Below are positions 50,901 through 64,000 of a stretch of 64,000 nucleotides of DNA, one piece after another. The notes beneath the pieces were generated by a model. That model was given only the letters and a program-made list of their open reading frames with translations, ran no database searches and was not told the DNA's origin. Source of the DNA: Antedon mediterranea (Eukaryota > Animalia > Echinodermata); the NCBI RefSeq assembly GCF_964355755.1, contig NC_092672.1, forward strand, positions 37,702,437 to 37,766,436, read 5' to 3'. Position 1 is the stretch's first letter. Every line of letters starts with the position of its first letter. Both the position numbers and the translations under genes were made by a program.

Positions 50901-53900
50901 ATCAATTTTTTGTTTGGTTTGTATATTTAGGAAAATTGCCAAGGATAACCACAAGCGAATTCATTCACTATCCTTCTCAAAGGTGGCAATCCTGTTCACA
51001 AGACAAACATATATGCAACATGCTCTACATAAACAAAGTCTTATTACAAACATTTTATTAGAAAAAATCCTGACATGACAGGACTTGAACCCAGGACCCT
51101 TGGATTGGTAGCCAACTCCACTCCAAATCATCAATAAAACATTGTTTCATTATCACAGATGTCACCATCTTTGTTATTAGTTTATAAAAAAAAGAGCAAT
51201 AATCTATACAAAGATTAATCTGTCCATTGTCCAAATCCATTCAATGTATAGGGAATGTATTTGGGTGGTTTAAGGTTTGTCTACCATCCCAAAATGAAAG
51301 GTACCCATAATAATGTTAATATTTACAGAAATCAGAAGAGAAATATCAAGCAATACATGTACAACAGCCAGTAATACTGCAACGCAAAGATGAAGGAACG
51401 AAGACAGACACAAACACTCTAATGGCAAGACTACGTAACTATCGTTCTACTACCATGGCATTGGTTGCTGGTAGTCCTGTGCAGAATGCTGCTAAAGATG
51501 ATTTATGTAAGCTTGATATTCACGTAATTAAGGTTTACTAAAAAACCTTTTATTTGTTTTGTTTATTGATCTTCCAAACCGCAGGATTTATAACAAGCTT
51601 ATAACTTCTATGAACTTCTCTTACAGCAAACACCAGTTGTGGTTTAGCGTTAAAGGTGCTAAGAAAGTCTCCAGTGTACGTCTGTGGCACTAACGTGGTG
51701 ATTATAACTTCTCCAGTTGGCGGCAGTAGCGCAAGTTCTAGGTTTGGCCCTGGATCAACTCTGAGCAGCAGTAGAGGTAAATTAACTTAATTGTTGTAGT
51801 ATACAATAGTAACGTACAACAGAACAGTAAGACAGTAGAACCGTAATACGTTGCCATAACATCAGCAAGGGTCAGCAACAACTCTTCTTGGATAAGGAAT
51901 ATAAAATCATAGTGTACACATCTAACACATGTGCACCTAGTACAAAATGAGTAGGGGTTACCCTGGTGTACTAGTACACACAGGGCCACTGTCACACATC
52001 ATAACTGGGCCATTTGAGGTAACAGTCTTTGACTGAAGAGGACATAATAAAAATAACAACATTAATACACATTTTTTGGAAATTAAGATCCGTTTTTATA
52101 ACTTTTAAAAGTAGTAAATCAGTCTTGTTTTGTCTAGCATTGTGTACAAACCATATATTTAGTGTATCAAATGGTAACTTCAATGTAAGGGTTGATTGTA
52201 CTGATGCTCCAGCCTGTGCTATGGCAAGAGGATCAAGTGTCCAGTCTATAGGTAAGATATCACATTAATTGTTGATTTGTGCTTATTAAATAGTGGAGCT
52301 GTCCAATTCTAAAGTCCAATGTTCAATCCTGACCTGGGTGGAACTGTCTAAGCCTCAAACAAGACTTATTTTATAATTATAGTTTATCCATCATCATGTA
52401 CTGTAATAATGCAAACATTTTAATATCTCTAAACATTTAGTTTAAATACTGATGTATTCTTAATTCATTACTTAATATCTGGTGTTCAGACACACAGACA
52501 CGTATCATAGCTCAGCATGAGGGCTCCTTGATTGTCAGCATACGCTGTTCAGGGTCACCCGCTATCAATAAAGTGAAATTAAAAATGAAAAAGTGTTTAT
52601 GGTTTGAATAAATTGTGTCATTAGGTGTTTGTTATGATGTGGTGAATGACATGATATGGACATGTTCAAATGATTGGATTGATCAGTGGTACAATCCTGG
52701 ACTTAGAGCTCCTCATCATGTTCATCGGCAACTTGGAGTAGAACCACTTCCTCAGCTGCAACCGCCTACAGGTTATTGACCTCTTTATTATCTGTTTTTG
52801 TTGCTTACTTTGTTTGTTACAAGCATTACACACAAAATAATGAAAACAAAGTTACACTGCAGATAGAATGATGAACAGTACATAACATCATGTAACAATA
52901 CACGTTTGAGTGTCTTAATTTATATCAAAGCATTTGCTTAATTCCCAGTAATATTATGCTTAAGCTTGAAATACAGTTCATTTATTATGGAGTACCACAC
53001 AAAGTCTGTAGAGTGTTAGAATATGTGATAATTTTGCTATAAGTGAATAGCGGTTTCCTAAAGCCTTGCCTACACTATCAAACTTTATGTGACAAAAAAA
53101 ATGTGATGTGCCCATATATGGACATGATGTCATATCACTACCATATTTTGGCATATTACTACTGTATTTTGGCATATTACTACTGTATTTGGACACAATA
53201 CACTTTTTTTGATAGTGTAGAAAGAGCTTAAGAGAAAAGCTTTACTTACTTACTGTATAACATTCTTCCAGAAGATTCGTTGCCAATATCTGACGTGATT
53301 AGCCAACTTCTTCTTCACATTGGAAGTACATGCTGCCATAAAGCTCACAGTGACCTCTTGATGACCTCTCTTGGACGCATCCTTCTTGGACAACAAGTTG
53401 TGGACATGCCATTCCTAATTCGAGTCTACCAGATCTTGAAAATTGCCCTTGATACCGGTAACATGCAGACGGCACAGTGTATGTTGATGGTATCACAGGT
53501 AGTGATTAAATCCTCTATGTTCAAAAGAAAGACAGAGGTTGAGATACAGCTACTGAAGAACAATCGAGAAGCTCTCTGGTACATCTTGACGGCTAATGAT
53601 GATCGTATTACAGAAGGAGCACAGAGAGAGGCCTGTCTTGTTCTTAGGTTAGTCTCTGGCTAACTTACTATTTACAGTAGAACCTAAATTAGTGCAATAA
53701 GTTAAGAGAATGAGTGAGAATGTTCAATAATGCCAGCATAGCCACTATAATGGATATAACTTGTGTTTCTTATTAAATTACAGTGCTGGGCTGACTGTTC
53801 TCTACCCAACACAACAAGAGCAAACGTCATTGATTCACCAGCTGTTAAGTTGTAGTGACACCACCCCGGCATTGAGTAAATTAAGTGATGTACTACTGGT

Positions 53901-56900
53901 GAATTTATCTCAACAATTAAGACAAGAATGGAATGATAAGGAACAGCCTGTCAAGTAAGATATTGTTTAGTTTTGGATTGAGAACACAAATTTAGCATCT
54001 TCTTAAGAATTGAACTTAATGATACTTATTTTAACTACTACAAAGTACTGTACAACCAGAAACTTTCGCGACATGAAACTTTAACGAATTGGTTACATCG
54101 GCCATTTTCGCGACATAAAACTTTCGCTAAATTGAAAAATAATGTACCAGTAAATTCTGTAACAATATCGTGTATGCGCGACCTTTGTGTTATAAAGACG
54201 CTAATGTGTAAGCTACATAGGCCTATTGTATGTTCTAAAAATTATTCTCGGCATGACATATTCACGAATTTCACACGAGTTTAATGTGTACAAAAGTTGC
54301 TTGTTTTACAGTATTGCACCAGGAAGCTATATTTATTCTTACTCCTATTCTGAACTAATGTTAAGTACGTTGAGAACAATTTGTAAAAATATAGGGGAAA
54401 AAAAAAACTGTATACAATAATTTAGTTTGTTGTTACCATTTCAATGAAAAACACTATGTTCAATTTATCCTAAAGCTCTGTCTACACTATCAAACTAGTT
54501 CAATAAAAAAAAGTGTGATGTGGCCAAATATGGTAGTGATGTGGCCAAATATGGTAGTGCTATGACATTTGATAGTGTAGTCAGAGCCTAACATATGATT
54601 CTTCTTTTCAATCGTAGGCTAAGTGATGAATTAGTTAATTATATTTTGAGGATAACAGTGAAAGAATCCTGTATTCTGCTCAAGAATTGTCTAACATTAC
54701 CTGATGACGAGTTTCAAGTATTTCTTGCTGGCACACCAGTAAGTTTATTAATCTTTACATTGATGTTTGATAAATATTTCTTTTTAATGAAAATACAAGG
54801 CCGTCTGAAATTTTCAGTTTTCAACATCAACCTCAATTTCCCAGCCCAGATCGTTGTATTTTATATTAATAATTATATTTAAAGCATCTTTAGCAAGTTC
54901 AAACCCAGTGTTATACTTATTCTTGATTCTTGAAGCCAATATAACTTTTTTTTTTATTTTTGTTTGATCATATTATTAAATATCTATGGTGCATACGTTA
55001 CCATTTTATATTTACAATTTATGTGATGTTTACAATTTATGTTATGTTTTATTTACTCATATGTATTTATAATTGTCTTTTATATATTTATAATTGTCTT
55101 TTAATGTAAAGCAATCAATTAGCTGCTTTATATTTTTTACCATAATAAATAAATTTAAAAAAATTATAGCAAAGTGATTTTTCTCTTTTTAATTGCAGCA
55201 TGCATCACCATGTCTTCAGTATATCATGGGAATACTGACATACCAGACAAGAAATTTGATCCTAAGCTCAACAGAATCAGAGGCAGCTGTTGAAGACCAA
55301 GAGAATGGCAATTCTTCACTAGAACCAGAGTCATCGTTTCTAGGCCTAGCTTCCAGCATTTTGAAAGGCAGTGAAAAGGTAACAGATAATTCAAAGAAAT
55401 ATCAACACTTCACTCTGAAAAGAACTGTTGAGTATCTCGATGTTTCGATCAATATGCTTTGATCGTCCTCAGTAGTGAGAATGCAGAAAGTCCAGGAAAC
55501 TGGGAATATAAGCGAAATAGGGTGGTACTGGTGTGAAAGCTAAAAACAATAGCAATTACAAACCTTCAAACAATGTATGTATGTATGTAACATTAATTCA
55601 AACTGGTTAATTTAGCACCTGAAATTCTCTTCCCTTGTTTCAGGTTTTAGAAGTCCTCCTAGACGTTGTTGGTAACCTGGTAAATGAAGAAGGCAAGACA
55701 TCAACTAGCAGAATAGAAGGACTGGAAAGAGTGTTGAAGGGAACTGTATTAGGGCACCTATTGCCGCTAATAACCACCTCTCTAACGCATCCCAAGTTGT
55801 GTTGTCTTAGCGTTGTAAAACAACTGATGCCTCAACTAGTACAGCTTGTTCTGTTGAGCAGTAAGGTGAGATGTTATATAGTTAAGCTCTGTCTACACTA
55901 TCAAACTAGTTTGACAAAAAAAGTGTGATGTGCCCCAAATATGGGAGTGATATGCTTAAATATGGTAGTGATATGACATGACATGATGTCTATATATGAG
56001 CACATCACATTTGTTTGTCACATAAAGTTGGATAGTGCAGACAGAGCTTTACATTAGGAACCAATTCTATGCTGATTCTAAACAATGTCTCAAATGTCTC
56101 TGCCTGGCTCAAATGTCACAATACATGGTTTCATCTTATTTATTGTAAAGTTACCTTGTGTCATTTTGATTTACAATTTTAGAACTGTGTTTTACTTTCT
56201 CTAATAGGTTGCACTCTGCTTGAAGAAGTACATTGGAAATTCTGATGATTGTTCAGGGAAACTCTACACATCCAGGTATATACATGATATAATTGATGAT
56301 ACAGTAATTGGGTTTACTAAGGTGCTCTATAATTTGACTCTGATTACTATTAGCTATTGCATACCTAGAAGGAGGACAGTAAAGAATATCCTGCTGTAAG
56401 TGCACACCAGTGGCAGATCCAGGGCCTAAGTGCTGAACTTAAATTAATGCCCTTTCTTTGTCCTGTGTGCACAACAATTACACTGTATTTGTTTGTTTGT
56501 TTAATTGTAGTACATCTGAGAGTAAAAGTGGATTCCTGGGTGGTTTCAAGATTCCTGCTCCTTGGTCATCTGGCAAAGTTGTTGAGACAATTCATCCTGT
56601 GCGGGACAACTATAAGTTTAGAGAAACCATCCACATACCAGGTGCACGGTGTTTGTACCTTAGATTTGAGCCCAGGTGTGCGTCGCAGTATGACTATGAT
56701 AAGGTACGTGATACCAAAGTATGAGGTTGCCGTTTTTCAACTTCAGTAGCTAATAACGTTAAACCGATTTTCCACCAGGCGGATTTGTTCGCGTGAATCG
56801 AAAGTGACAGTTTATATGCATACGTAGAGAGGGAAAAATACGTAAGATGGAAAAATAAATACGCATGCGTATAAGCTGATGATTTTTTTTTTTTTTAAAC

Positions 56901-59900
56901 AGAATAATAGTAAAACTAATAACAAGGATGTAGGTGCTAAGTGCTCAATGATTTGTTTAATCATCAAAGATCTAGTTTATATAGTTTATTTATTATTTAA
57001 TCAATTTTGATTTGTATTATAGGTTGTTATCTATGCTGGACCAACATCTAGTTCAAGAAAAGTGGCCGAGTATGGTGGGAACACATACGGATATGGAAGT
57101 AGAAGTGTGCTTGGTTCTGGTTGGCCTAAAGATCTTGTCAAGGTAAACATACACTTTTTAACTTTAATTCTATTGCAAAAAAACGAATTTAGCCGGTCCT
57201 AAATTCCCTCTCTAATTGTTTGTAGGTTGAGGGCAGCACAGTGACTTTCACATTTGAGATGCGTAGTGGTCGTGAGCACAATACTCCCGATAAGGCATTG
57301 TGGGGATTTAGCTGTATGGTGAGGGCGCACGAAAGTTCAGAGCTACCATCCAATCATCTTCCATTTATTGTTGATATTGCTCTTGGCCTAGCAGTGCTGA
57401 CCTGCACACACCTACATGTATTGTATGATGGGCCAAAGGAGACAAAACATGAGAAACAATGCCAACATATTTTGAATTCTAAAATATTACGCAGGTAGGT
57501 ACACATGCTCTATTTCATACCAGAGTTTGTATTCTGTATTTTACATAAGTTAAAGTTTATCAACACAAACTAATATTTTTATTTTAAAAAAAGGTATTAT
57601 GATTGTTATATATTAATTTGTTAGATGTGTATGGCAGACATCATCTACTGGTGCTAAAGCTTTCAAGATTCCAGCCCCTGTGGCACGCATTCAATTGTCT
57701 AAAGATGTTCTGCAGAGACTTAAGAAGTTGTCAGGAAAAACAGAACCAACTTTAAGACCAAGTGCTAAGTAAGACCTTCAACTTTTCTAAATTTGTGGAC
57801 CTCCAACCTTTGTTTGGATGTCTTCGTTCCATGTCCAGTGCCGTAACAGCTATGAGCACTCACTGGAGCTTTCGGGAATCCCTGAGATGTGCCCAGAGAA
57901 AAAAACAGGCATTAAAATATGCCTAAAATGCTAAAAACTCCCAAGGTCTCCAGCATTGGAACTTGGAGGGCCACTTAGGTTTCCTAAACCAGGGATCTCA
58001 GGCCTTTGCGTTACGCCACTGAGTGGTCCTCTCCTTTTCTCCAGTCTATTTACATGCTTCTCTATATTAATTTGATGTTGCAGAGAAGTTATCCAACCTG
58101 AAGTGCTACAAGAGGTAATCCTATCAGCTGTTATCAAACACCTCAACTTACAGCACCAAGTTCATTCACACTCGGAGGAAGATGGGGAAAGAATGAAACT
58201 AATAAATACCGTTCAAGAAATCTACAAGAGAATTTATGCACTAGAACGTCAACTGCAGGTTAGTATTAAATTGAACATTGCACCAGCTTATGAAAAGACA
58301 TGCTTTTGACCATATATAGGCATATCATCATACTATAAGAGAATATACTAACCATATTAGGAGTTATGCTTGTGTATAACTATTAGTTTGAAATATCTTG
58401 ACAATATGAGTGTATTTATGTTTGTAGGCCATGTGTGAGTTGGAACAAAAATGGAGAAATGATGTTGAAGAAATGAAGAATTTAGAATCCGCAACTGAGA
58501 ACTACACTCCATTCTTTGCTGATTATCATCACCAGGAGGTTTGTTACCTACTTTCTGCAATTGTATTTGCAATTATGTTAATGTAGGTAAAGTAAAAGAC
58601 AAATGACTGGATCAGAGATAATCATATCAAATGATAGAATTAGATCAGACATCCTTACAAACAAAATTATCTGATTTCTAAATTGAATTGTTAAAGATGT
58701 ATTGTCCCCCAAAAACATGAAAAATGAAGATTAATTAAATCAGACTTTGAATATGTTATTTTATAGTTTTAATAAAGTCACTTCCATAGAAAAAAAAAGA
58801 AAAAAATTATGTTTACACTTATAAAATGACAAAATAAATGGTTAAATTCAACCAAAAGTCCACTGGCTGGCAGCCAATTTGACCATTGTTTTGCTTTAAA
58901 TTACAGTTTTTTTCAGGTAAATACATTTTTTTTCGATCCTATGTTTGGTCAAAGTGGATAACTATTATGTTACATTAAAATGGCATATTCAACAAAAATT
59001 TTTGTTAAGAATTATTTTTCCAGGGGGTCTTTAATCAACATATCTGTCTAATTTCGTATTTTTTTCTCATGACTATACAGTCCAATACATAAAGTTCAGT
59101 GTTATTAAAAGTGTCTACTATCTTTTCTTTTCAGACTAAGTTATATGAACTTGAGATGCTATGTTACATTATTGATGTACCATTGGATATTATAAACCAA
59201 GAAAAGTCAGTCAAAGTGCTAAGGTATGCAATAGCTAATACATATTAATGTACTAGTGTTTTTGCCTATTCTGTATATTATTTCAGGTTAACTGCAGTAT
59301 GTCCTATGTCTTATGTATATGTTTGTCCTGTTGAACATGAGTGAAGTGGAATAGTGGATGTGGATTACAATCTTGTTTATTTTTAATTACTTTATATGTA
59401 ATTTTACTTTCTATGGACCAGAGATTCCAAATAAAAGATTGAATGAAATGAATAAACAAATGTGGTCTCAGGTCGAATTGAATTTCAATATATATAAATA
59501 ATCTCCTCATTAACTTTCTGTATTCAATATGTTGCAGAGAGAAACTTGAAAAGGAAGTGAAAATTAGTGACATTAGACCCAAACTAAGCAGAGTGAAAGC
59601 ACTTGTTGCTGGAATTATAGAAAGAGCCGAATTACTGTTACTTGTTACTATAGCAACCAGAAAATGCCCTCCAGAAGGAATATTAAGAAGTGTATCTGAT
59701 AGCAATGGCCAACAAGTGCTCGGTAAGGCAGAGTTCTGTATTGCATTCAAAAACAAAAACATTCAAAATAATTTTAGGATTTATGTACTTATAATATCAA
59801 ATAATACACTAATATTTTGATGTTCATGTATATATTTTTAGCCCGAAGTGTTAGTAAAGATTCAAGCAAGAAATCCAGTGTGTCCTCTGCTTACTCACGC

Positions 59901-62900
59901 AGTGTTTCTGTTCCATCTGGGCTACGACAAAAAACACAGTCACGATACCATAAGTAAGTGAAAAGTAAATCCTGCCTTGCTCAATGCCAAACTTAAGTTT
60001 GACATTGCTACATGAGCCTTTGTGAATAATTCAATAAAGTAAGTTTTCATATTTTAATCAAAGGCGACTGGAAAGAGAAGGTTCCGTTTCACTGTTACAA
60101 GATTCAGTATTAAAAGAGGACCAGGAAGGCTTACCTGCATACTTAACATTTCTAGATGACATTCTTACATTTATTGGAACCAATCCTGAATGCACTGTGA
60201 GTTATTTTATTATTTTTAAATAACTGATGAGATCAAGTTTATAGATTCTTTCAGTTTTGCTTCACAAGTAAACCGTACGCTTTCTACGACCCATGTTAAT
60301 AGCATCCATGCTTCATAGTATCACACTTCTTGGTGCTGCAAACACAAACAATTGATAAATTAAAACATTTTTAATTTTGTTACAGTACATATTGCGAAAC
60401 AATAGCATCATGCTGAAACAATTTGTATTTCAATGAAAAATTTGAAACAAATATATCATTGGAAACATCACAATTTAGCCAAAAAAATATATATATTTTT
60501 AGCCCGAAAAAAGGTGTAATAAACATATAGAAATAACTAATTAGCTTTCTTAATATCTTAAAATCCACTTTGTGAGGCACCTCTGTGCAAAATTTAAAAA
60601 ATATCTAATGACATGAATATTATTTTTATGTAGGTGTCATGCCAGACATTCTTAGCAGCTGCTAAGGTACGGCAAGAACGTGCTGAGAGTCGTAAGCAGG
60701 CTCTAGGACACATACGAGAACTTCTCAATGCAGCTTGTAGAATTGGAGAGGGTACACACTTAATTGTAGCAGTAACATTAGTACTGCAACATGGACCAAA
60801 GTAAGTTAGCTAACCTCTCATTTCATACTGTACTTTATAGAGTTTTTTTTTTAATTATTAATCTTTTATTTTATAAAAAACAATGTCACATATCACAAAT
60901 ATCATATCTCGTGGCTCATGGCCAAATTGCACATGATTTAGGAAGCGAGAAAAACAAAATGAAGAATATTGGACTACAAGCAAAATGTTTTGTTTTACCA
61001 AAAGGGTCTTTTGTAAAACCATTGTTCATAATGCCATTTTGTATTTATGTATAGAATTAGAGAGCTGTATTGTGGGGGTATGGTGGAAGACATCCGACAG
61101 GCCTTCTTGGAAACGATGACATCAGTGGTGAAATTAGCAGCTATGCAGCCACTGGCATGCGGCAATAGTATAGCACTGTTATGTACAATACCATACACAA
61201 GAAATGAGGAACAGTGTTTAGTAGATAGTGGTCTAGTTCAACTGCTTGATCAACTGTGTAGCCTTGGCACGGCTGACACTGGTGGATCCGCTATGCAAGG
61301 GAATAGGCTACATGTTTCAACTCTAGCATGGGCTGGCTTTCAGGTACACAATACTCATTTGTTTGTGGTAAAACCATATGAAATTGACAGGAGGGTTTTA
61401 AAAAGCAAACGGTACATTTACAGGTAGTTTATTGTAAGCATTTATTGGATTGGTACTATATGTACAGTATATATTTGCCTTTAAAAATGTAGTAAGAGGT
61501 ATAACAACATATTAGTTCACCTTTGACCTTCCATAGCGATAGTCTTTTGCATCGATATAATTTGCTGGACGGAAGTGAGCAGGAAAATCCATCTTTAAAG
61601 TTGCCCATCCAGGCTAAAGCTTATTTTACCCACTCACAACGCCTGAAAGTATTTACAGATAAATTATCAAAATATTTGTGCCAGTCAATGCAAGTTGAGA
61701 TATAGTTAGCGAATGAAAATCTAAATTATGTAAATTGTTCATTCTAGGTGCTAGCTAATCGCTGTGTATCCTGGGAGAGTACTGAGGATTTACCACATGA
61801 CTTTGGCCACACAGGCCTAGCACGGCATGTGTCTGCTCTGCTAACAAACCATTTAGCAAGGGCAACTGATAACAAGGGAAATGAGGCTGCAGGGAGTGAG
61901 GCCCTTCAAGAAGTGCTTTCACTGCTAAACGATTTATCAAGGTGAGTTATATGGTAGGAGCTAAACCATGTTTCTGTCCAACCTTTTGTTGTTGAGTGTG
62001 AGAAATGGGAGAGCATATAACAGTCTCAACAAACAGCGTAAATTAAAACTCCTTGAAAAGAAAATAGAAAACGATTTATCAAGGTTAGTTATATGGTAGG
62101 AAAAGAAAAGTCAATGTGGACCTTACAAAACACCTTTCTTCCATACATTACATTGTGTTCAAATCGCCTACTCTAACTACATGTGTATAACGTGAAAAGG
62201 TGTTGATTGGTTGAGTGGGCTTGTATCATAACGCTGGTTGGGGAAATACAAAAATATATATATATATATATGATAAGCTACATGTTTTATTTCCTTTAGG
62301 AGCCGAATGGGACGTTCAATTCTAAGCCAACCAGCTTGTGTCTCAAAGCTTCTCTCACTACTACTAGACCAGCGTCCTTCCCCCAAGCTGGTGCTCATTA
62401 TCTTACAGCTATGCAGGGTAGCATTACCTCTGATGAATGCTGATGATTGTGAGAAGGTAGAGTTACCTCCTTGGGGTCAGGATGTGACCTCATTTGGAGG
62501 TCAGGATGAGGCCTTGTCAGATCCACCTGCTAAAATTGCGAGTTTACTATTAGCTAAACTTGGTGACTACATTGTTCCAGGTAAGTCTTGTTGATTGGTA
62601 AATGTGTGAGTATTTATATGTGATACTAAAGAAAGACATTCAAATGTCAAATATTATCTAGTCAGCAGTCTAAAACTCTGTCTCTACACTATCACACTTA
62701 CTGTGACATAAAAAATGTGATGTGTCCATATATGGACATAATGAGTCATATCACTACACATCAGATGTTTGACAGAGCTTAGGACTGAAGTTTGATTTAA
62801 TTTATATTCAATTTGACAGGCTTCCAGACTACTGCAATAGTTGAACCTTGTGCTTCATATCACTACCATATTTGGGCACATCGCTACCATATTTGGGCAC

Positions 62901-63885
62901 ATCACATTCTTTTTGTCAAATTAGTTTGATAGTGTGGACAGAGCTTAAGACTAATATTTGATTGTCAGATGAAGCTAATTTGATATTACATTTTACAGGC
63001 TGCCAGACAACTGCAATAGTTGAACCTTGTGCTTCTACACCTGGTTCTGCCTCCAGCAGTTCCAAAGTGTTGTCATGTGATGAGGATAACGCTGACATGT
63101 ATGAGGGACAGCTTTCAATATTTGTGCACAAGAGAGCTGATCAAACATCTCATGAAGTCATACAACCTTTAATAAGGTGATTAAGAGAATAAAACATTTT
63201 AAAACATTAGGGTTGTAGGGCTGACTATGATATACAGTCTTTCCATACATTACATTGTGTTCAAATCGCCTACTCAAACTACATGTGTATAACGTGAGGA
63301 GGTGTTGATTGGTTGGTTGGGCTTGCATCATAACGCTGGTTGTGCCAATACAAAAATATAAATTCTTTAAGAGGGAATACATTATCTAGGGTTATACTGA
63401 CTATGCAATAGAGTAAAAAGAAAGATTCAATCTTGGAATTGTTTATTCAGTATTTTAACATTATTTTAAAACTTTTAGTGCTGATGGACGTCCATTTCGC
63501 CTCGGAAGTGGACCAAACATGGAACGAGTTGTTCGAATGGATCAAGAACTAAATCGAGTAAGTGTCTTTCTACAGTATTTTTGGTGTTGGGGAACACATG
63601 GGGAACACGATTAAAAATATATACAAATAAATTCATTCTGTACAATGTAGTACAGACTATATTTGTTTATGATCTAAAAACACTTTTTTTAAATTAGAAT
63701 GGTAAAACTGAAGTGTTAACAGATGAAGCCAGAGTAGCCATGAGACGTGCCGCACGTTGGGCTCAATGTGGTCTGGTCCTAAGCTCATGCCCTCCTGTTG
63801 AGAACACTGCCACTGATGCTGGCCGCGAAAAAAAGAAAGTCAACTCAGAGTCAGTTTGTAAAGAAAGAAATACTGAACTGGCACG
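47988..63885 (+). CDS. HECTD4: Probable E3 ubiquitin ligase HECTD4, 5' part (about 30 exons, e.g. 47988-48691, 49174-49394, 49728-49975, 50725-50883, 53272-53647, 56511-56703, 57226-57494, 61055-61343, 62300-62580, 62999-63176, 63698-63885); continues beyond the right edge
   Basis: QWLSISEETLFLHNGLLR, YSRLLDYRRNALKGLWNAQRQLA, LNCLQDCPPLSLTKEPTDCLNGLE, GIAKIGTGLHGTLRGYVY, VETIHPVRDNYKFRETIHIPGARCLYLRF and RPSPKLVLIILQLCRVALP match vertebrate HECTD4 as recalled. Confidence 0.93.
48750..49105 (+). mobile_element. tRNA-derived SINE (family D), interrupted
   Basis: agtggagctgtagctggtt...gggttcaatcc head and ttactcgctgttggatgcgtatgaaataaat tail. Confidence 0.65.
50037..50400 (+). mobile_element. 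tRNA-derived SINE with Deu/Nin-like core
   Basis: A box tggccgagcggttaag, B box ggttcaatgctc, core tcttctcggataaggactataaac...gcactttaaagaacc...gagtgggggattaccctggt. Confidence 0.7.
51000..51120 (-). mobile_element. tRNA-derived SINE (family D) fragment
   Basis: gacaggacttgaacccaggacccttggattggtagccaa is shared with 30100-30140. Confidence 0.65.
53062..53228. mobile_element. MITE family A
   Basis: Family A termini, TAA flanks. Confidence 0.8.
54046..54313. mobile_element. MITE with TACTGTA...TACAGTA ends and internal ttcgcg repeats
   Basis: tactgtacaaccagaaacttt ... aaagttgcttgttttacagta inverted termini. Confidence 0.6.
54474..54588. mobile_element. MITE family A (short copy)
   Basis: Family A TIRs, TAA flanks. 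Confidence 0.8.
55436..55479 (-). ncRNA. Hammerhead-ribozyme-like motif in a HECTD4 intron (antisense)
   Basis: Minus strand CTCACTA-CTGAGGA-C-GATCAA(AGCATA)TTGATC-GAAACATC-GAG: CUGANGA core, 6-bp stem II, GAAA. Confidence 0.5.
55885..56048. mobile_element. MITE family A
   Basis: Family A TIRs, TTA flanks. Confidence 0.85.
62672..62948. mobile_element. Rearranged MITE family A copy or copies enclosing a duplicated HECTD4 acceptor and exon start
   Basis: Left TIR at about 62675, right termini at about 62780 and 62945, with 62810-62856 duplicating 62990-63035. Confidence 0.65.
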
Positions 63886-64000
63886 GTATGAATATTTCTA
63901 CATCAATCATAATAAAAATTATTGAGAACTGGCATGGTATGGATTCTTATAAATGGGAAACATGGGGGAAAATAACAAAAGAATATTTGTGAATTATTTG

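Noticed and set aside
57836-58021. Possible hAT-type MITE (cagtgccgtaac ... gttacgccactg)
   Set aside because: Short imperfect TIRs, no target-site duplication and no second copy in the window.

Overview
AT-rich, intron-rich animal genomic DNA, probably an invertebrate deuterostome (inferred from gene and SINE content). It holds four spliced protein-coding genes whose exons I assembled by hand from splice signals and reading-frame phases. (1) The 5' end of SPT6/SUPT6H (-). (2) A 20-exon gene of about 1488 aa (-) encoding an unusual Roco protein: disordered N-terminus, two Macro domains, Roc GTPase, COR and a C-terminal Death domain. (3) Ataxin-2 (-, 18 coding exons, about 976 aa). (4) The 5' part of HECTD4 (+), transcribed divergently from ataxin-2, with a tRNA-Glu(CTC) gene just upstream. 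Introns and the intergenic DNA contain an open-frame, 5'-truncated LINE inserted in a minisatellite, a decayed Penelope element with a nested LINE, and three hammerhead-ribozyme-like motifs. They also contain tRNA- and 5S-derived SINEs, several MITE families, non-autonomous Kolobok-like and hAT-like elements, and many tandem repeats. The top candidate for novelty is the Macro-Macro-Roc-COR-Death protein. No database searches were run, so all family calls rest on recalled motifs.
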